This document shows positions 45,715 through 58,382 of a stretch of DNA of 64,000 bases, in pieces; within the stretch, counting starts at the first letter, position 1; every line of letters starts with the position of its first letter. Both the position numbers and the translations under genes were made by a program. Under the pieces are notes generated by a model that saw only the letters and a list, made by a program, of their open reading frames with translations, ran no database searches and was not told the origin of the DNA. Origin of the DNA: Ostrea edulis (lineage: Eukaryota); contig NC_079171.1 in assembly GCF_947568905.1 (NCBI RefSeq), positions 8,432,001 to 8,496,000 of the forward strand, written 5' to 3'.

Positions 45715-48700
45715 ATTTTGTTAATTTTGTCGTAATAAAATATTCAGAAAAAAATCAATATTAATGTTTATATGAAAATTGTCTTATCCATATACATTGC
45801 TAGTATTACCTTCATTCTAGGAAACTTTGTTATCTCACAAAAATACTAATGAGTATCAGCTGTAATTTTGTCTGCCTTAAATTAGAGTCACAAAACACCG
45901 TTTTTCAGATAAAAGCAAAGGTTGAATTTTGAGAAACTCATAAACTAAAGTTGCCTAAATAAATTTGCCGAAACTCCGATTTCTTAAAGGGGTGGAACTC
46001 ATCGGTTTAATTCATAACTTTTACACTTTTATTTTTCTCCTTCACTACTGCTATCCAAAATAATGGTAGAGACGACAGTAGGCACCCAATTATGATACAA
46101 CTTTATTTCCATATGTAAGGGATCACAGATTTTTGATTTTTTTTAGCATAAACAAGTTTCGGTCTGGTCTATCTAATTGTCCAATTAGTTCTGTTATTGA
46201 AGTTAATGTGAAGATTTGCTCCTGTGTCAATGCTTTAAACTATGGATACAATGCTAGATATATGGGATCTCACATGGTTCGTGATTTGATAAGATTAATA
46301 TTCAACGAGTTGTGTGTTTTCTATCCCTGAGACACAAACAATAAGATGTTCTTTTTATCACATGTTAATCCCTAAGGCTATTTATTTACGTTACTGTAGT
46401 TTTAAGAATTTTACTTCCTGACATGTAAAATTGACGTTTATTTGTGACGTCACAAACGGTGTAGGAAATAGTAGTTTATGTAGTGGTATATCCATTGGAT
46501 ACAGGAGTAAACATCTGATAAATGTAAGTATTTAGTCGTGGACAACATACTGACCGGGATGGACTGATGTGTGATGATAATTTGAATATTCCTTCACGTG
46601 GGACAAAACATGGTGACATTTTTCATTCTACATAATATTCTAAATCATTACAGTTTGTCATTCTTTCTGTTTTCATGTATTGGGCATACTCTAATGTTAC
46701 ATGTATTATATTGTCACGGATAACGGTGCTAGAATGGGATAAATGATAAAGTCACAGAAACAATTTACATATTTATTTGGTATACAACTAAACTTTAAGT
46801 TTATGGTCCTGGTGTATGGCGTTGAGCGTAAACGTTCCTCAAATAGCGTCTGGCTTATACTTAGATCCACTACGCTGATGTATGCTGTCATACGTGGACA
46901 CAACACACATGTCGATGCTCCCCAAAGCGTTTGGTTTGTATACTGTTGTACGTGGTACATGTGTACTTGGTATACAAACTTATAGGTAGCACCTATGACA
47001 ATAATGTCATGCTATATAAACGAACACATGCACACAGGTTTTCAGGTTGAAAACTTACTTTACATTATCCATGAATATATACAACATACACTGTTATACA
47101 TATAAGTTATTTCATATTATAACAAGATACACAAAGTCTAGCAATGCTATGTATATGAGTTACACAGTACGTTTCTTACAGCGAAACAATTATGGCCAGT
47201 ACTACGCGCCGTAACTTTACAAAAAGGACTATATAGCGAACACGTTTATGAAAACGGAAACCGGTATTGAAACAATCACAAAACACAAAGTATGACCTTT
47301 TTAACAAAGAAAATACTATATAAAGATCATTACATAAAGGTCACCTCTGAACACGAGCAACATTTACAACAAAGTCAATGTGTCTGCAATAGCTATTTTG
47401 TAATTGCTGTCATAACATTCTGGTGAAAATGTGCTCAGATGAATGCGTCAATCTCGCATGACAGCTCGGTTCCTACTGAGAGCACGAACTGGCGGTGTTA
47501 TGCTCCAATAGATTGGGGTTTAATAAAGGGGTATTTGTAATTTAAAAGAGGCCCCAAGCAGGATAAAGCTACGTTTGGTTTGACAAAACAAAACTGAACT
47601 AAAAAATGAACATACAAATAAAATTTCACGTGACATACATCATGTCAATGTTTGTATGTATACTATTGACAGTTATATGTACAAAGTGAGAAAACTCAAG
47701 AGAAAATGTCATGGTACCTCCTCGTAGTCCCAGACAGGATAAAACATTAAATTCATATACAAACTGCTAGTCTGTATGTTCGGATTTTGCAATGGTAATA
47801 GTTTACTGTTTGAAACAAGGTTTATATCTCAATCACTGTCTGATAGGCATGAAACTAAGAAGTCGTCAGTGCTATTTCACCCATATATTCTTTATTTGTA
47901 TTGTTGTATCGTTGATGTAGTACTGTTTTTGTTGTGTGAAAGCTACGTAGGGATATTAACATGGAACGGAAGTGAATACATACGAAAGGGTAAATATACC
48001 AATTGATTATAATTGTAAAGATTACTGGTCGATTATTCGTTCATTTAAATAGCGTTCATTTATCAATGATGAAGCATGTAAAACTCTAGTAAACTCGCTA
48101 GTTACATCCAGATTAGATTACGGAAATGCATTGATTTATGATGTTCATTCTCAACACACCAGCACATTTCAGAGAGCACAAAAACAGCTGCAATATTAAT
48201 AACACGCTCAAAAATAATTCGACCATACTACTCCTGTTCTAATAGATCTTTAGTGGCTCCCAGTTGAATACAGAATTCAATATAAGATACCTCTTCATAC
48301 TTTCAAATTTCTCCAGTTTACATAAAGGATATCCTTGCAATTTACAATCCCACAAAATCACTAAGATTCGAATCTCTGATTCTTTTCGAGGTACCTCGGA
48401 CACGTACGAAAACATATGGGAATTGACGTTTAGACAATGCTGCATCGAGTATCTGGAAGTCGCTGTCTTTTAAACTCAGACAATGTCCTTCGCTGTCTAC
48501 TTTTAAAGTGGACCTCAAAACGCATCTATTTTAGATTAGCTTTTAATTTGTGATTATTTTGATATACTTAGTGCCCTTACATACAAAAAGCCTTTGTCGT
48601 TTGTTATTACACCTATGTACTTTCTATGTATTTAATTATTACTATGGCTTGTTTTAAATTGTTTCATATGTTATTAGGGTAATCATATCATTACATTAGG

Positions 48701-48999
48701 CGCTATATATTAATATAATAATTATGCATTTTAATTCTGACACTATGAATATTTTATTCACATGTACCGGGGTATGTGCAAATTCTCTTTCACATTTGTA
48801 AAGAGAACTAATGTTGATAGGGCGCTATATAAATCGTTTCATTACAATTACAAATTACAATTAACATGAAGCGAAAGTGAATAGATGCGAAAAAGCGAAT
48901 ATACCAATTTATTATAAATGCAAACATTACCGGTCGATTCTAAGTCTTAAAAAATAAATAGGTTGTCTTAATGGTTATTATAGTATATATATATCAACA

Positions 49000-49160
49000 C
49001 ATGTGATGTTGGTTCTTATTGGTTATTTTAGTGTATCTATATCAACACATGTGATGCTGGATCTTATTGGTTATTTTAGTTTATATATATATCAACACAT
49101 GTGATGCTGGATCTTATTGGTTATTTTAGTTTATCTATATCAACACCTGTGATGCTGTTT
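49000..49160. repeat. ~47 bp tandem repeat x~4
   Basis: tatcaacacatgtgatgctggatcttattggttattttag. Confidence 0.85.
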
Positions 49161-50044
49161 TCATTTTTTATTTTATTTTTTTATTTGGACTAATTTGTGA
49201 TCTGTTTATCGGTAATAGATTAGAAGATTTATTTATCTAGACAAATTTGCCTGTACATATTAAGACATTCACATTTAGGAAGGTTGATTTGTATGTTTGA
49301 CAAGTGGTCAAAAGCCAAAAAGGTTGCCACAAGGCTATGGCAGGCCAGAAGGGGCACCAGTAAAGTTACACAGGTTGCCATGAGGCTAGGACTGATTAGC
49401 ACTGGCGGAATTATTGACCCCCCCCCTACAATTTTCAAAGTATGTTACAAATCACTGCATACTATAAAAATCAGTAAAATCAAATCATATATATAATAAT
49501 TGATTCTAAAAGGTGAACGTCAAAATACACAAAGTCTATAAATCCATATTTTACATAAGTAGAAGAAATGTACACACATAAATGAATAACTGTATAAAGA
49601 TTCCGAGTTGATTATATATATATTTTCAATAGAAATACTAATAGGCGTTTCTCGAGAGTTGTTTATATATACCATAGTTTAATATTTTGCAGCCCCCCCC
49701 CCCTCCCCGAAATCATGCATTATTTTTTTATTGGCTATTATTAATTTTTTTTCCAAATTTACTTTTTATTTTAAAAACGAGAAACATATTTTGAGGCAAG
49801 AGACGTAACATGCTAGGAAAAGATGTAAGGGTGGATCCAGAAGATAGGGGTCCAGTCGATGGGTCCCCTCCCCCTTTGCGGAAAAAAAGTAAAGTTATTC
49901 AATTTTAAGGAGACTTCGCGTCAAAATGATATGAATGGTGGATATTTGCATGTGATAGCAGCATTCAAATTTATCAACACCAGTATATCATTTAATTCCC
50001 CGATGAATAATACGAAATACTCCTATATATTTAGATTTATATTC

Positions 50045-50177
50045 CCCCCTAAAATAACTCTAAAAGTTCATTTTTATTTCGGATTTCAAACATTTTGGTT
50101 GAGCATCACTGAAGAGACATTATTTGTCGAGTGCACATCTGTTGCATCAAAATTCGTAACGTATAAGTTTTACATTT
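50045..50177 (+). mobile_element. 5'-truncated retrozyme-like copy
   Basis: Matches the 3' ~130 nt of the family; same 3' end. Confidence 0.65.
50103..50145 (+). ncRNA. Degenerate minimal type I hammerhead motif (copy C)
   Basis: GCATCA CTGAAGA GACA TTATT TGTC GAG TGCACAT C TGTTGC; helix II perfect, GAAA damaged. Confidence 0.65.
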
Positions 50178-51661
50178 ATGATATTTTCGTTAGATACAAG
50201 TACATCTACCCCATAAAATTCTTAAACAGTATATGCAACATAAAAGTTTCCTTCAAGGAGGTATGCTTCACCAAGGAAATTTGATATGGATAAAAGTGTT
50301 GGATATGTACAACAATATTTTGAAATTGAAAACTTTCAAATTTACTTTATTTAGTCAAACAATACAATTTTAGTTGAAAGTACTCTGAGAAAAATTCAAA
50401 ACCCTGTTGGACTCGAACACGCAATCTACCATTCAACAGTCGATGTGCGAACCTACTGAGCTACTCAGTTAGGCAAGAATGTTTTAAATGAATAGACAAA
50501 TATTGCTGATATTTATATTTTTATCCATGTTTTAAAAGGACGTCAGCCATCGTGATGATGTAGAGAACCTCCTTAAGAAACAGAAAATTGAAAAGTGAAA
50601 AAGAAGTCCAGGAAATCCTCAGAATGCAGGATTTTACACCACTTACCGCAGAGCCTATTGAGAGTAACCTTTGAATCACTTTTTTTAAAAAAGATTTTAT
50701 ATAAAATCTGAATATATGGATAAAAATGACTCGAATGCGAGAAACAAATAGTAAAACGAAAGCAAATAGATGTATAAACTGTCCGAAGATCTCCCTAAAA
50801 TGTTATGTACACAAGCAAAAAAGGTGTAATTGAGTGGGGTTGGACATTGTGAAAAATAGCTAAAAAATCGATCAAATACTAGATCCCCCGCCACCTTCAC
50901 AAATTCCTGGATCTACCTATGAGGTGTGAGTAGGGGGGATTCAATTCCAAGAAATACAAACAGATGGACTAAAATCACAGCTCAATGTCGAGCAAATAAA
51001 TTTGATTAGACAAAAAAATCAACGGATGATAAATTTTGCCTCATTTGAGTAGTGATAAAGGTGTGTTTGTAAGAGGGGGTGTAACTTTACCTGTGACGGC
51101 TAATTACATGGTTGAATTTTACTCTTGAAATTAGTAACATTCAGGAGCTCCCGAGGGATTCGATCCCGGGGCCCCACCAGAGCTTTGCCTTGGACCAACT
51201 AGGGGCTTTAGGGCGGCCCTCGATCCCCTGCCTCCGGAAACGAATTCCACCCCCCCCCCAACCAGAACTCCAAGATCCACCCCTGATTAGGAGGGACATC
51301 GACAAGGTTACACATTTTCCAAACCACTGAAAAATCAAATGGATTCAAAATCGATATAATGGACTTACTTTGATTTGGTAAGAAGTTGTGACCAAGGTTA
51401 AAGTTTGTGTCAAGTTACATCGTCAATCATTTATTTGAAATAGCCAAAATTCAGAAATATTCCGATTTTCAAATTTAAACCAATCCCAATAGGAATTATT
51501 TCAAAAGTTGTCATCAAGAATATTGTAATCAGAAAACTACATGCCCTTGATATAAAAAGACTGACAATTGAAATGAATTTATCAAAATATCTTCATGAAA
51601 AGGGCATAACATTAACAACAATTTGATTTAGTATATTCTATCAATTTTGATCGGAATTTGT

Positions 51662-52685
51662 ATTTTAGCTCATCTGAGGCAAAGGGATATGTGAACTTTT
51701 CTGATCAAAACTTTCCATTGTCTGCTGTTGTAAACTTTTCATATTTTCATCTTTTTCCAAACCGCCAGGCCAATTTCAACTAAATTTAACACAAAACATC
51801 CTTGGGTGAAGTGGATTCCAGTTGATTGAAATGAGGAAAAATACTCTTTTCCAAGGAGATATGATAATGAAGATGCACTCTCAATTTTTAATGTTCTCCA
51901 GAACTAGTGAGCCAATTTTAATCAAACTTGGTACAAGGCACCACTGTCCCTTTCAAAGGGGAGATAATCACAAAACATTGGATTTAGTAATTTAAATGTT
52001 TTCTCACGAGCCATTGGTTCATGCAAGTTCAAATTTACATAACGGATTCCTGACATAGTGCATATTTGAGTGTGTTAAAACCATAACCCCCGGACTTAGA
52101 GTAAGGCCCTAATAGGGGATCATTTTTTTTACATCCTAATATGTAGGTAAAATCTTTTATAAGTCTTCTCTAGAAAAACTGAGCCAGAACATGGAAGCTC
52201 TCTCACATAGATCGCCGCGGTGGTCAAGAGGTTAGAGCGTTCGCCCCGCAAGCGGTAATCCGGGATTCGAATCCCGGGCGCGACAGACCTAAGTCGTTAA
52301 AATAATTCCATCGCCAAACGCTCGGCATCAGGTGTGAATGTCACGGGTCCTCGGAGATGACCTTTAAAACGGATGTCCCGTGTCACAGTGGGTGTGGCAC
52401 GCTAAAGAACCCTCAACTCTCAATGGCAAAAAATTAAGCGCCAAGCATTGGCTTAAATTTGCAGTCCCTCACCGGTCTTGGTGACGTCTTCATATGAGTG
52501 AAAAAATTTCCAGCTAGACGTTAAGCAAGATTCAATCAATCAATCTCCGACATAGTGTAGATTCAAGTTTGTTGCAATCATGGCACCGGAGGTTAAGTGG
52601 GATCACAATAGGTGATATGATTTAAGTTTTAGGGGGATCTTTAAATATAGGCAATTTGTTTCGGGCGAGGGATGTGGCCCATAAG
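51662..52685 (-). mobile_element. Non-autonomous Helitron-like element interrupted by a SINE
   Basis: Colinear with 31040-31745. Confidence 0.6.
52211..52543 (+). mobile_element. tRNA-derived SINE, full length
   Basis: A-box tggtcaagaggttag, B-box gattcgaatccc, (caat)n tail, imperfect ~12 bp TSD (tctctcacatag/tctccgacatag); empty site at ~31615. Confidence 0.85.
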
Positions 52686-52859
52686 CCCTTTCTTTTATCT
52701 AGTTTGACTGAAATCTAAAAACAAAATAGCAATATTTCTTAACTTTGGTCATTTCATTTCAATTTCTATTTGTCCGATATATCTTTTTTTACAACTTGAC
52801 AAATTAAAGGAGGGGGGATGTAGTAATTAGGACTATACGGACCATGGATATCGCCCTCT

Positions 52860-53300
52860 CAGGGGCCGAAATTAACATTTTTACCCCAGGCTAATTTTAG
52901 CCTGTGGATATAAAATCCACAGGCTAAAATGAAAACCTACATGCAAAAATTTAAAAAAATATATCAAACAATGCTTTTTTGTGCTTTATTTTAATAAGTG
53001 ATTTTCCCATGATTACTTAGTCTTGTGTTTAGACAAGTCAGTCACTGATGTGGGCCATAGGGTGCGATGTTGGGTCTCTTGACCCTCATTCCACTGATCC
53101 ACCACCTGTTGACAACAGGTCTGGGCTCGAAGTCTTCCAGTTTCTTACCACACATGTTTATGAGCATTAAAATGTTCATGGTTTCATTATTTAGACTACA
53201 ACGCCAACCACTTTTTATTCTCTTCATTGTAGAAAACCCCTTTTCACATGAGGCATTGGAAAAGGGAAATGGTGATGCAAGATAATAATTTCCATGATGA
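52860..53300 (-). pseudogene. hAT transposase C-terminal dimerisation-domain remnant with one terminus
   Basis: ORF 53042-53332: SNASCEKGFSTMKRIKSGWRCSL...LMLI...W resembles the hAT dimerisation motif; caggggccgaaatt terminus at 52860. Confidence 0.7.
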
Positions 53301-53383
53301 TCTTGTATATGCATATATAGCCTATATAACATAGTGGTTAGAGCACCTGACTAGTAATGTAGGGGCCCCGGGTTTGATTCTCG

Positions 53384-54461
53384 GTGTTGTAGCATAGAAT
53401 ATCCCCCGCATAGACTTTCCCCCCGGAAAAATGGGCCCGGGATAGACATTCCCCCTGGAAAGATGAGTCTGGCATAGAATTTCCCTCGAGGAAGAATTAC
53501 CCCCCCCCCCAGGAAAAATCGCCACAGTATAGAATTTCCGTCTAAATGACAGTACGCGTTTTCCCCCTTCTTACATTTTAGCTATGTGTCCATTTCCAGT
53601 TCAATTACTAAAATTTTCTTGCTTATCTGGACCCAGGAATTCTTATTATTTTTTTTAATTTTGAGCAGGGTCTTGTGTATCACAATCATCATCTTATGTT
53701 TGGGGCCTTTTTTTTAAAGGAAATTATTCAAATTGTGTAATGGTATATCAAAATTCATTCATACATTTCAAGTCTTTGATGTTATCTACCAGTATCTAAC
53801 ATCTGCAATAATGAAGTTGGGAAGAAGTTAATGTCTTTTTAATTCAAAATTTCGAATTCAAATAAACGGTTAGTTTTATTCATACAGTGCATTTAATTTA
53901 CTTTTTAGATATTCTAATTGTACATGTATATCTTTTAGTCGACTTTTTACGAAAAACCCTGATAATATTGATCACTGTTCAAGTCTTGGGAAGCGTATTG
54001 TATTTATTATACGCAATTCAAAGTTTTCAGCGTGTAAACCCAACTTCAACAACTCCACAGAATTCCTTTATTTTATGAATATCGTAATATTAACGAGCGC
54101 ATATATATTTCATTAAACTATAACAATTTAAAAACACATATTTGTTTCTTTCTGTAACTATTTTTTTGATAACAAGTAGATACCTCTTTATAGCAATAAT
54201 AATAAATTTCATTGATTATTATCTTCAGCTACATGGATTTGCTTCATTCTATATTTATTTAAAAGCTTCTACATGAGAAGAAAAATATTCCAGTATATGG
54301 AAACAGGAGGGGGAAATTCTATACCAGGACGGTTTTTCCAACAAGGGGGAAATACTATACTGACTTTGTATATAGGGGGGATTATATGCCTGGGCGCTTT
54401 TTCCCCCTATGGGGAAGATCTTTCCCGGGTCCGTTTTTCCGGGGGGTCTATGCTACTATAC
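53384..54461. mobile_element. ~1.08 kb TIR element inserted at a CG dinucleotide
   Basis: gtgttgtagcataga/tctatgctactatac; absent from the paralogous site at ~32000. Confidence 0.65.
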
Positions 54462-56473
54462 CGACCAAGCCACAAATGTTCTCTCCCCTATATACTACAG
54501 TTGGTGCCGTGACCACCCCTGCAAAGCATGCTGTCCTGACAGGAGCGAAAATAATCTGGGTTGCGTATCTCTGAGGATGAAGGCAATTTAGGGAGGGTGG
54601 AATGTAGCGGTCAGCCGAATTCGAACACCGATGGTCAGATACCTTAGTTGGTAGAACACCTGATTAGGCATTCAGGGGGGTCAGGTTCGCATTTCGGTGT
54701 GGTCCGTTGGATATTATCCTATTCCGTTACATGGTGCCGTAGATCAGCCCTGGAACTGACAGATGGAAATGTCTGCCAGAGGATAAAGATCCTGGGCTGG
54801 TGTCATCAAGGAAATTCAGAGGACCCGGGTTCGAATCCCTGTGTGCTCCATTTTTATTTTCCCCATTCCTATAATATAATTAAGAACTTGTTTTACTTTT
54901 CCGATGAAGAAATGATGCTTTATTTAAGGTGCCTATACGAAGCATTTAAGATGAAAAGTTAGTTAATGAACCACGTTAAATATTTTCTAAATCTGAAATA
55001 TATGTATACAGTGGTGGATTGAAAGAGGTGCAGCCGCCCACCCTCTAAAATTGTCAAATTTGAGGTAAAATGTGGTCTCTTGCTAAAAACAATGTAAACA
55101 ACAAAAGAAGTAGAGACAAATCAATGACAAAATCTTATTGAATTACTATTATTGGGAGAACATTTTCCCTTAAAATCTGCGTCACTTTATCAATTCAACC
55201 TCCTGCTTCATAAAGTTGTGCCCCAATAGCTGCAATTCTTGGATCCGTCCAGGTATACATTCTTAAAAGGAAGTTCCGAAAGTTTGAAAACTGTATATCC
55301 GTCCAAATTTAGTATTTCTCATCTTGAAATACCAATACAGTAACTGTTACCCACGTATTACTGTGTTGAATTAGTCTATAGATAAATCGAATCTAAACCT
55401 TAACCACCACCTCGCCACCAAATCGGATTAGGTCTATTTATGTCCCACATAGGATTCCATGTTTCTGAATACTCTGCCTACGTCACAGCTTTGTTCCGTT
55501 TCTGCACACATTTTCAGTGTGACTATATTCTGCACATTGATGTCAGTGGCGGATTTAAGGGCGGCGCAGTCTCCCCCCCCCCCCCCCCTAACATTTTCAA
55601 ATTTAAGGTAAATTGTGGTCTCTTGTTTAGAAAAATGTAAACGATCACAGAAGGAATTATTCCACTCTCGTAGGAATAACTGACAAAATATTTTCATTTA
55701 CTGAATTACTTTTAATAGGAAAACTTACATTTTTTTCTTCCAAAAACCCTTAATATTAGCGTCGTTTTATTAATTTTACCTTTTTACATGTAAAAATTAC
55801 AGAAAGTAGTAAAAATTACTACATAGGAGAAATATTTCAACCTTATAAAATTTGTAAAATCCAGCCAGGACCCCAAGCGGGCTTCGCCCCCTGGACTTCC
55901 TTCAGGGCTTTGTTCTTGACCCACTAGCGGTCTCATGGCGGCCCCAAGCCTCACAGAAACGTTGCACCCCCTCACCGGAATTCCTGGATCCGCCCCAAGT
56001 GTTGCGAACATTATAAACCCCGACGTACAGGGAAAACAGTATCACTATTTAGTTATCTAGAATTCAAACCTTTAGATAGATCTATACTCGGCCTTAAATG
56101 GTCTCAATCTTGGAAAAAAATCCCTTTATAAGATCGATATATTATATTCCAGTAATACATAAGCATTGAAAAATATATATGTTTACATATTCGATAGAAT
56201 TCAAACCTTAACAAAATCAAATTACATTTATTTATGTCCCGCATATGTTTCCATGTTCCTAGATCTTGTCCCGTTTCTACACGCCGAGGTTGACTTCGGA
56301 TATTTTGATATTTTAAAATCCAGATCTACAAGGAGGACAGTGGAACGTATGCTTTATGTGCTTGTTGGCAATGACAACGTGGACAATCGACACTTCATCT
56401 ACAAACACCACAGTGTAATATTCCATTGTTTAAAAAAATAGAACTCCGAGGTTACAGCGGGTTCACCGAATTT

Positions 56474-56490
56474 GAAATGAAACCGAAAGT
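56474..56490 (+). promoter_or_regulatory. ISRE/IRF-E-like element before TRIM copy 3
   Basis: GAAATGAAACCGAAAGT, identical to copy 2. Confidence 0.55.
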
Positions 56491-56507
56491 TGATTTGTAA
56501 TCTAAAG

Positions 56508-58382
56508 ATGACAACATCACTAGACAGCTCTTCGATGGAGGATGTTACATTGTGTTCGATATGTTTCGAAAAATTCAAGTCGCCGAGGTTTTTACCGTGT
56601 ACACATTCCTTCTGTCACAGGTGTTTATCTTCCTACATCGTTAATGTGTGTAAATCTACGGAGCCTCAATTGGGATTCAATTGTCCATTATGCCGTGAGT
56701 ACATTCTTAGCCCTGGTGACTTAAAAAAGCCAGAAGAGTGGGCAGGACTTTTCCCTTTTAATGATATTCTACAGACAATCGTTAACAAACCTGATGTGAA
56801 GCTGTGTGACCCCTGTTTACGTGAAAACGAAAGTGAAAATGCTATCGGGTTTTGTTTGTCTTGTACTGAATATTTATGTAAGATGTGTACCAAATATCAC
56901 AAAAGGCAATTCCATTCAGGCAACCATATCGTATGTCAATTGAACGAGATGAAATCCGACAATATATTTCCTGAATCGGGAAAAAATCACGATTGCCCTG
57001 AACATAAAAAGGAAAAAATCAAATTCTTCTGTAACGATCACCAGCAGTCCTGTTGTTCAGTGTGTATAGGAACAAAGCACAGAAAATGCGAAAGTGTTGA
57101 TACTGTTGAAGATGCAGCAAAAAATATAAAACAAAATGGCCAACTGGATGTTCTTTTGGGTGATGTGAAGAACCTGGAAAAGAAACTGACAAAAGCAAAG
57201 AGCGAACAAGAGATACATGTAGCAGAAATAGAGAATTCAGTGGACGAAATTATAGAGAAAACAGAAAGGGAATTCAAGGAACTTGTTGATCACCTAGAAA
57301 TACTGAAGAGCAGACATTTAGATGAAGTAGCAGGTGCACTGAAGAAAGGAAGGGGGAAGTTAAGTGATTGTACAAATGTACTTACTGATGGTATACAGTG
57401 TACAAATTACTGCTGCCGGAACATTGAAAGAGCTAAAGAGACGGATAATGATGTTGAAATTGTAACTACTTATTACAGAGTGAAAGAGAGGCGTTTACAG
57501 CTTAAACGGTTTAAATTCACGAAGAAACAGATAACGATATCTGAAACGAGTTCACAAGTTTTGAGAGAAGTGAGAAATATGGAATCTTTTGGTGATATTG
57601 AATATGCTGAGTCTGATCGTCATATCACGTACGATGTAAATGACATTGTGTTATCTTTAGTTTCTGAATTCAGCATTACTGAAGGAAATCCGAATGTATA
57701 CACTGGGAATTTTCTGTCAAATGGTAACTTTGCAGTTCCAGATTGCAAATCTAATGGCCGTTGTTTTATTTATAACAAAGACTGGCAATCCACGGAAGTC
57801 ATTGATGGACTGAGTAGCCCTTTTGAAGTCATACAAGCCGGAAATGAACTATTTGTGACCTCTCCAGGGACGAAATCTATAGAAGTCTTTTCTGCGTCTG
57901 ATTTACATAAACTGCGAAGTGTTAATATAAACGAAACCGTGTATGGAATAACAATGTACAATGGAGCGTGTTATGTAGCATGTTTAGATAAAATTATAAA
58001 AATTGATATGTCCGGTAAAAAACTTAGAGAATATAAAGCTGAAAGCAATAATAATATTAACATAAGTGCAACAAATGATGGACATCTTTTGTACAGTGAC
58101 TATTCCCGTAATACAGTAACCGCAATCACGGATCAGGGAAACACCGTCTGGCAGTATACACATCTCAGAATGAAAACTCCCTGTGGACTTGATGTAGACT
58201 CTGTCGGTAATATCTTTGTTGCCGCTACAGAAAGTGACAATATCCACGTGTTGTCTGGCGCTGGCAGTCTCATTAGGATTATCGAGGATATTCCAAAACC
58301 AGTGTTTATTAAACTAATGGAGGAGAGGAGTTTGTGTTGTGTGTGCAGTGACTGCAAACTTATGAAAGTGTATAAACTGTAA
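56508..58382 (+). CDS. Intronless TRIM E3 ligase-like protein, copy 3, 624 aa
   Basis: Colinear with copy 1; ATG at 56508 is homologous to the starts of copies 1 and 2 (the ORF track begins at an upstream TTG). Confidence 0.93.
   Translation: MTTSLDSSSMEDVTLCSICFEKFKSPRFLPCTHSFCHRCLSSYIVNVCKSTEPQLGFNCPLCREYILSPGDLKKPEEWAGLFPFNDILQTIVNKPDVKLCDPCLRENESENAIGFCLSCTEYLCKMCTKYHKRQFHSGNHIVCQLNEMKSDNIFPESGKNHDCPEHKKEKIKFFCNDHQQSCCSVCIGTKHRKCESVDTVEDAAKNIKQNGQLDVLLGDVKNLEKKLTKAKSEQEIHVAEIENSVDEIIEKTEREFKELVDHLEILKSRHLDEVAGALKKGRGKLSDCTNVLTDGIQCTNYCCRNIERAKETDNDVEIVTTYYRVKERRLQLKRFKFTKKQITISETSSQVLREVRNMESFGDIEYAESDRHITYDVNDIVLSLVSEFSITEGNPNVYTGNFLSNGNFAVPDCKSNGRCFIYNKDWQSTEVIDGLSSPFEVIQAGNELFVTSPGTKSIEVFSASDLHKLRSVNINETVYGITMYNGACYVACLDKIIKIDMSGKKLREYKAESNNNINISATNDGHLLYSDYSRNTVTAITDQGNTVWQYTHLRMKTPCGLDVDSVGNIFVAATESDNIHVLSGAGSLIRIIEDIPKPVFIKLMEERSLCCVCSDCKLMKVYKL

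Noticed and set aside
48200-48480. LINE reverse transcriptase or zinc-finger remnant
   Set aside because: Coding-like composition but no motif I can identify with confidence; needs a translated search.
34525-58357. Antisense ORFs recurring in all three TRIM copies
   Set aside because: They recur because the sense CDS is duplicated; their lengths and stops vary between copies.
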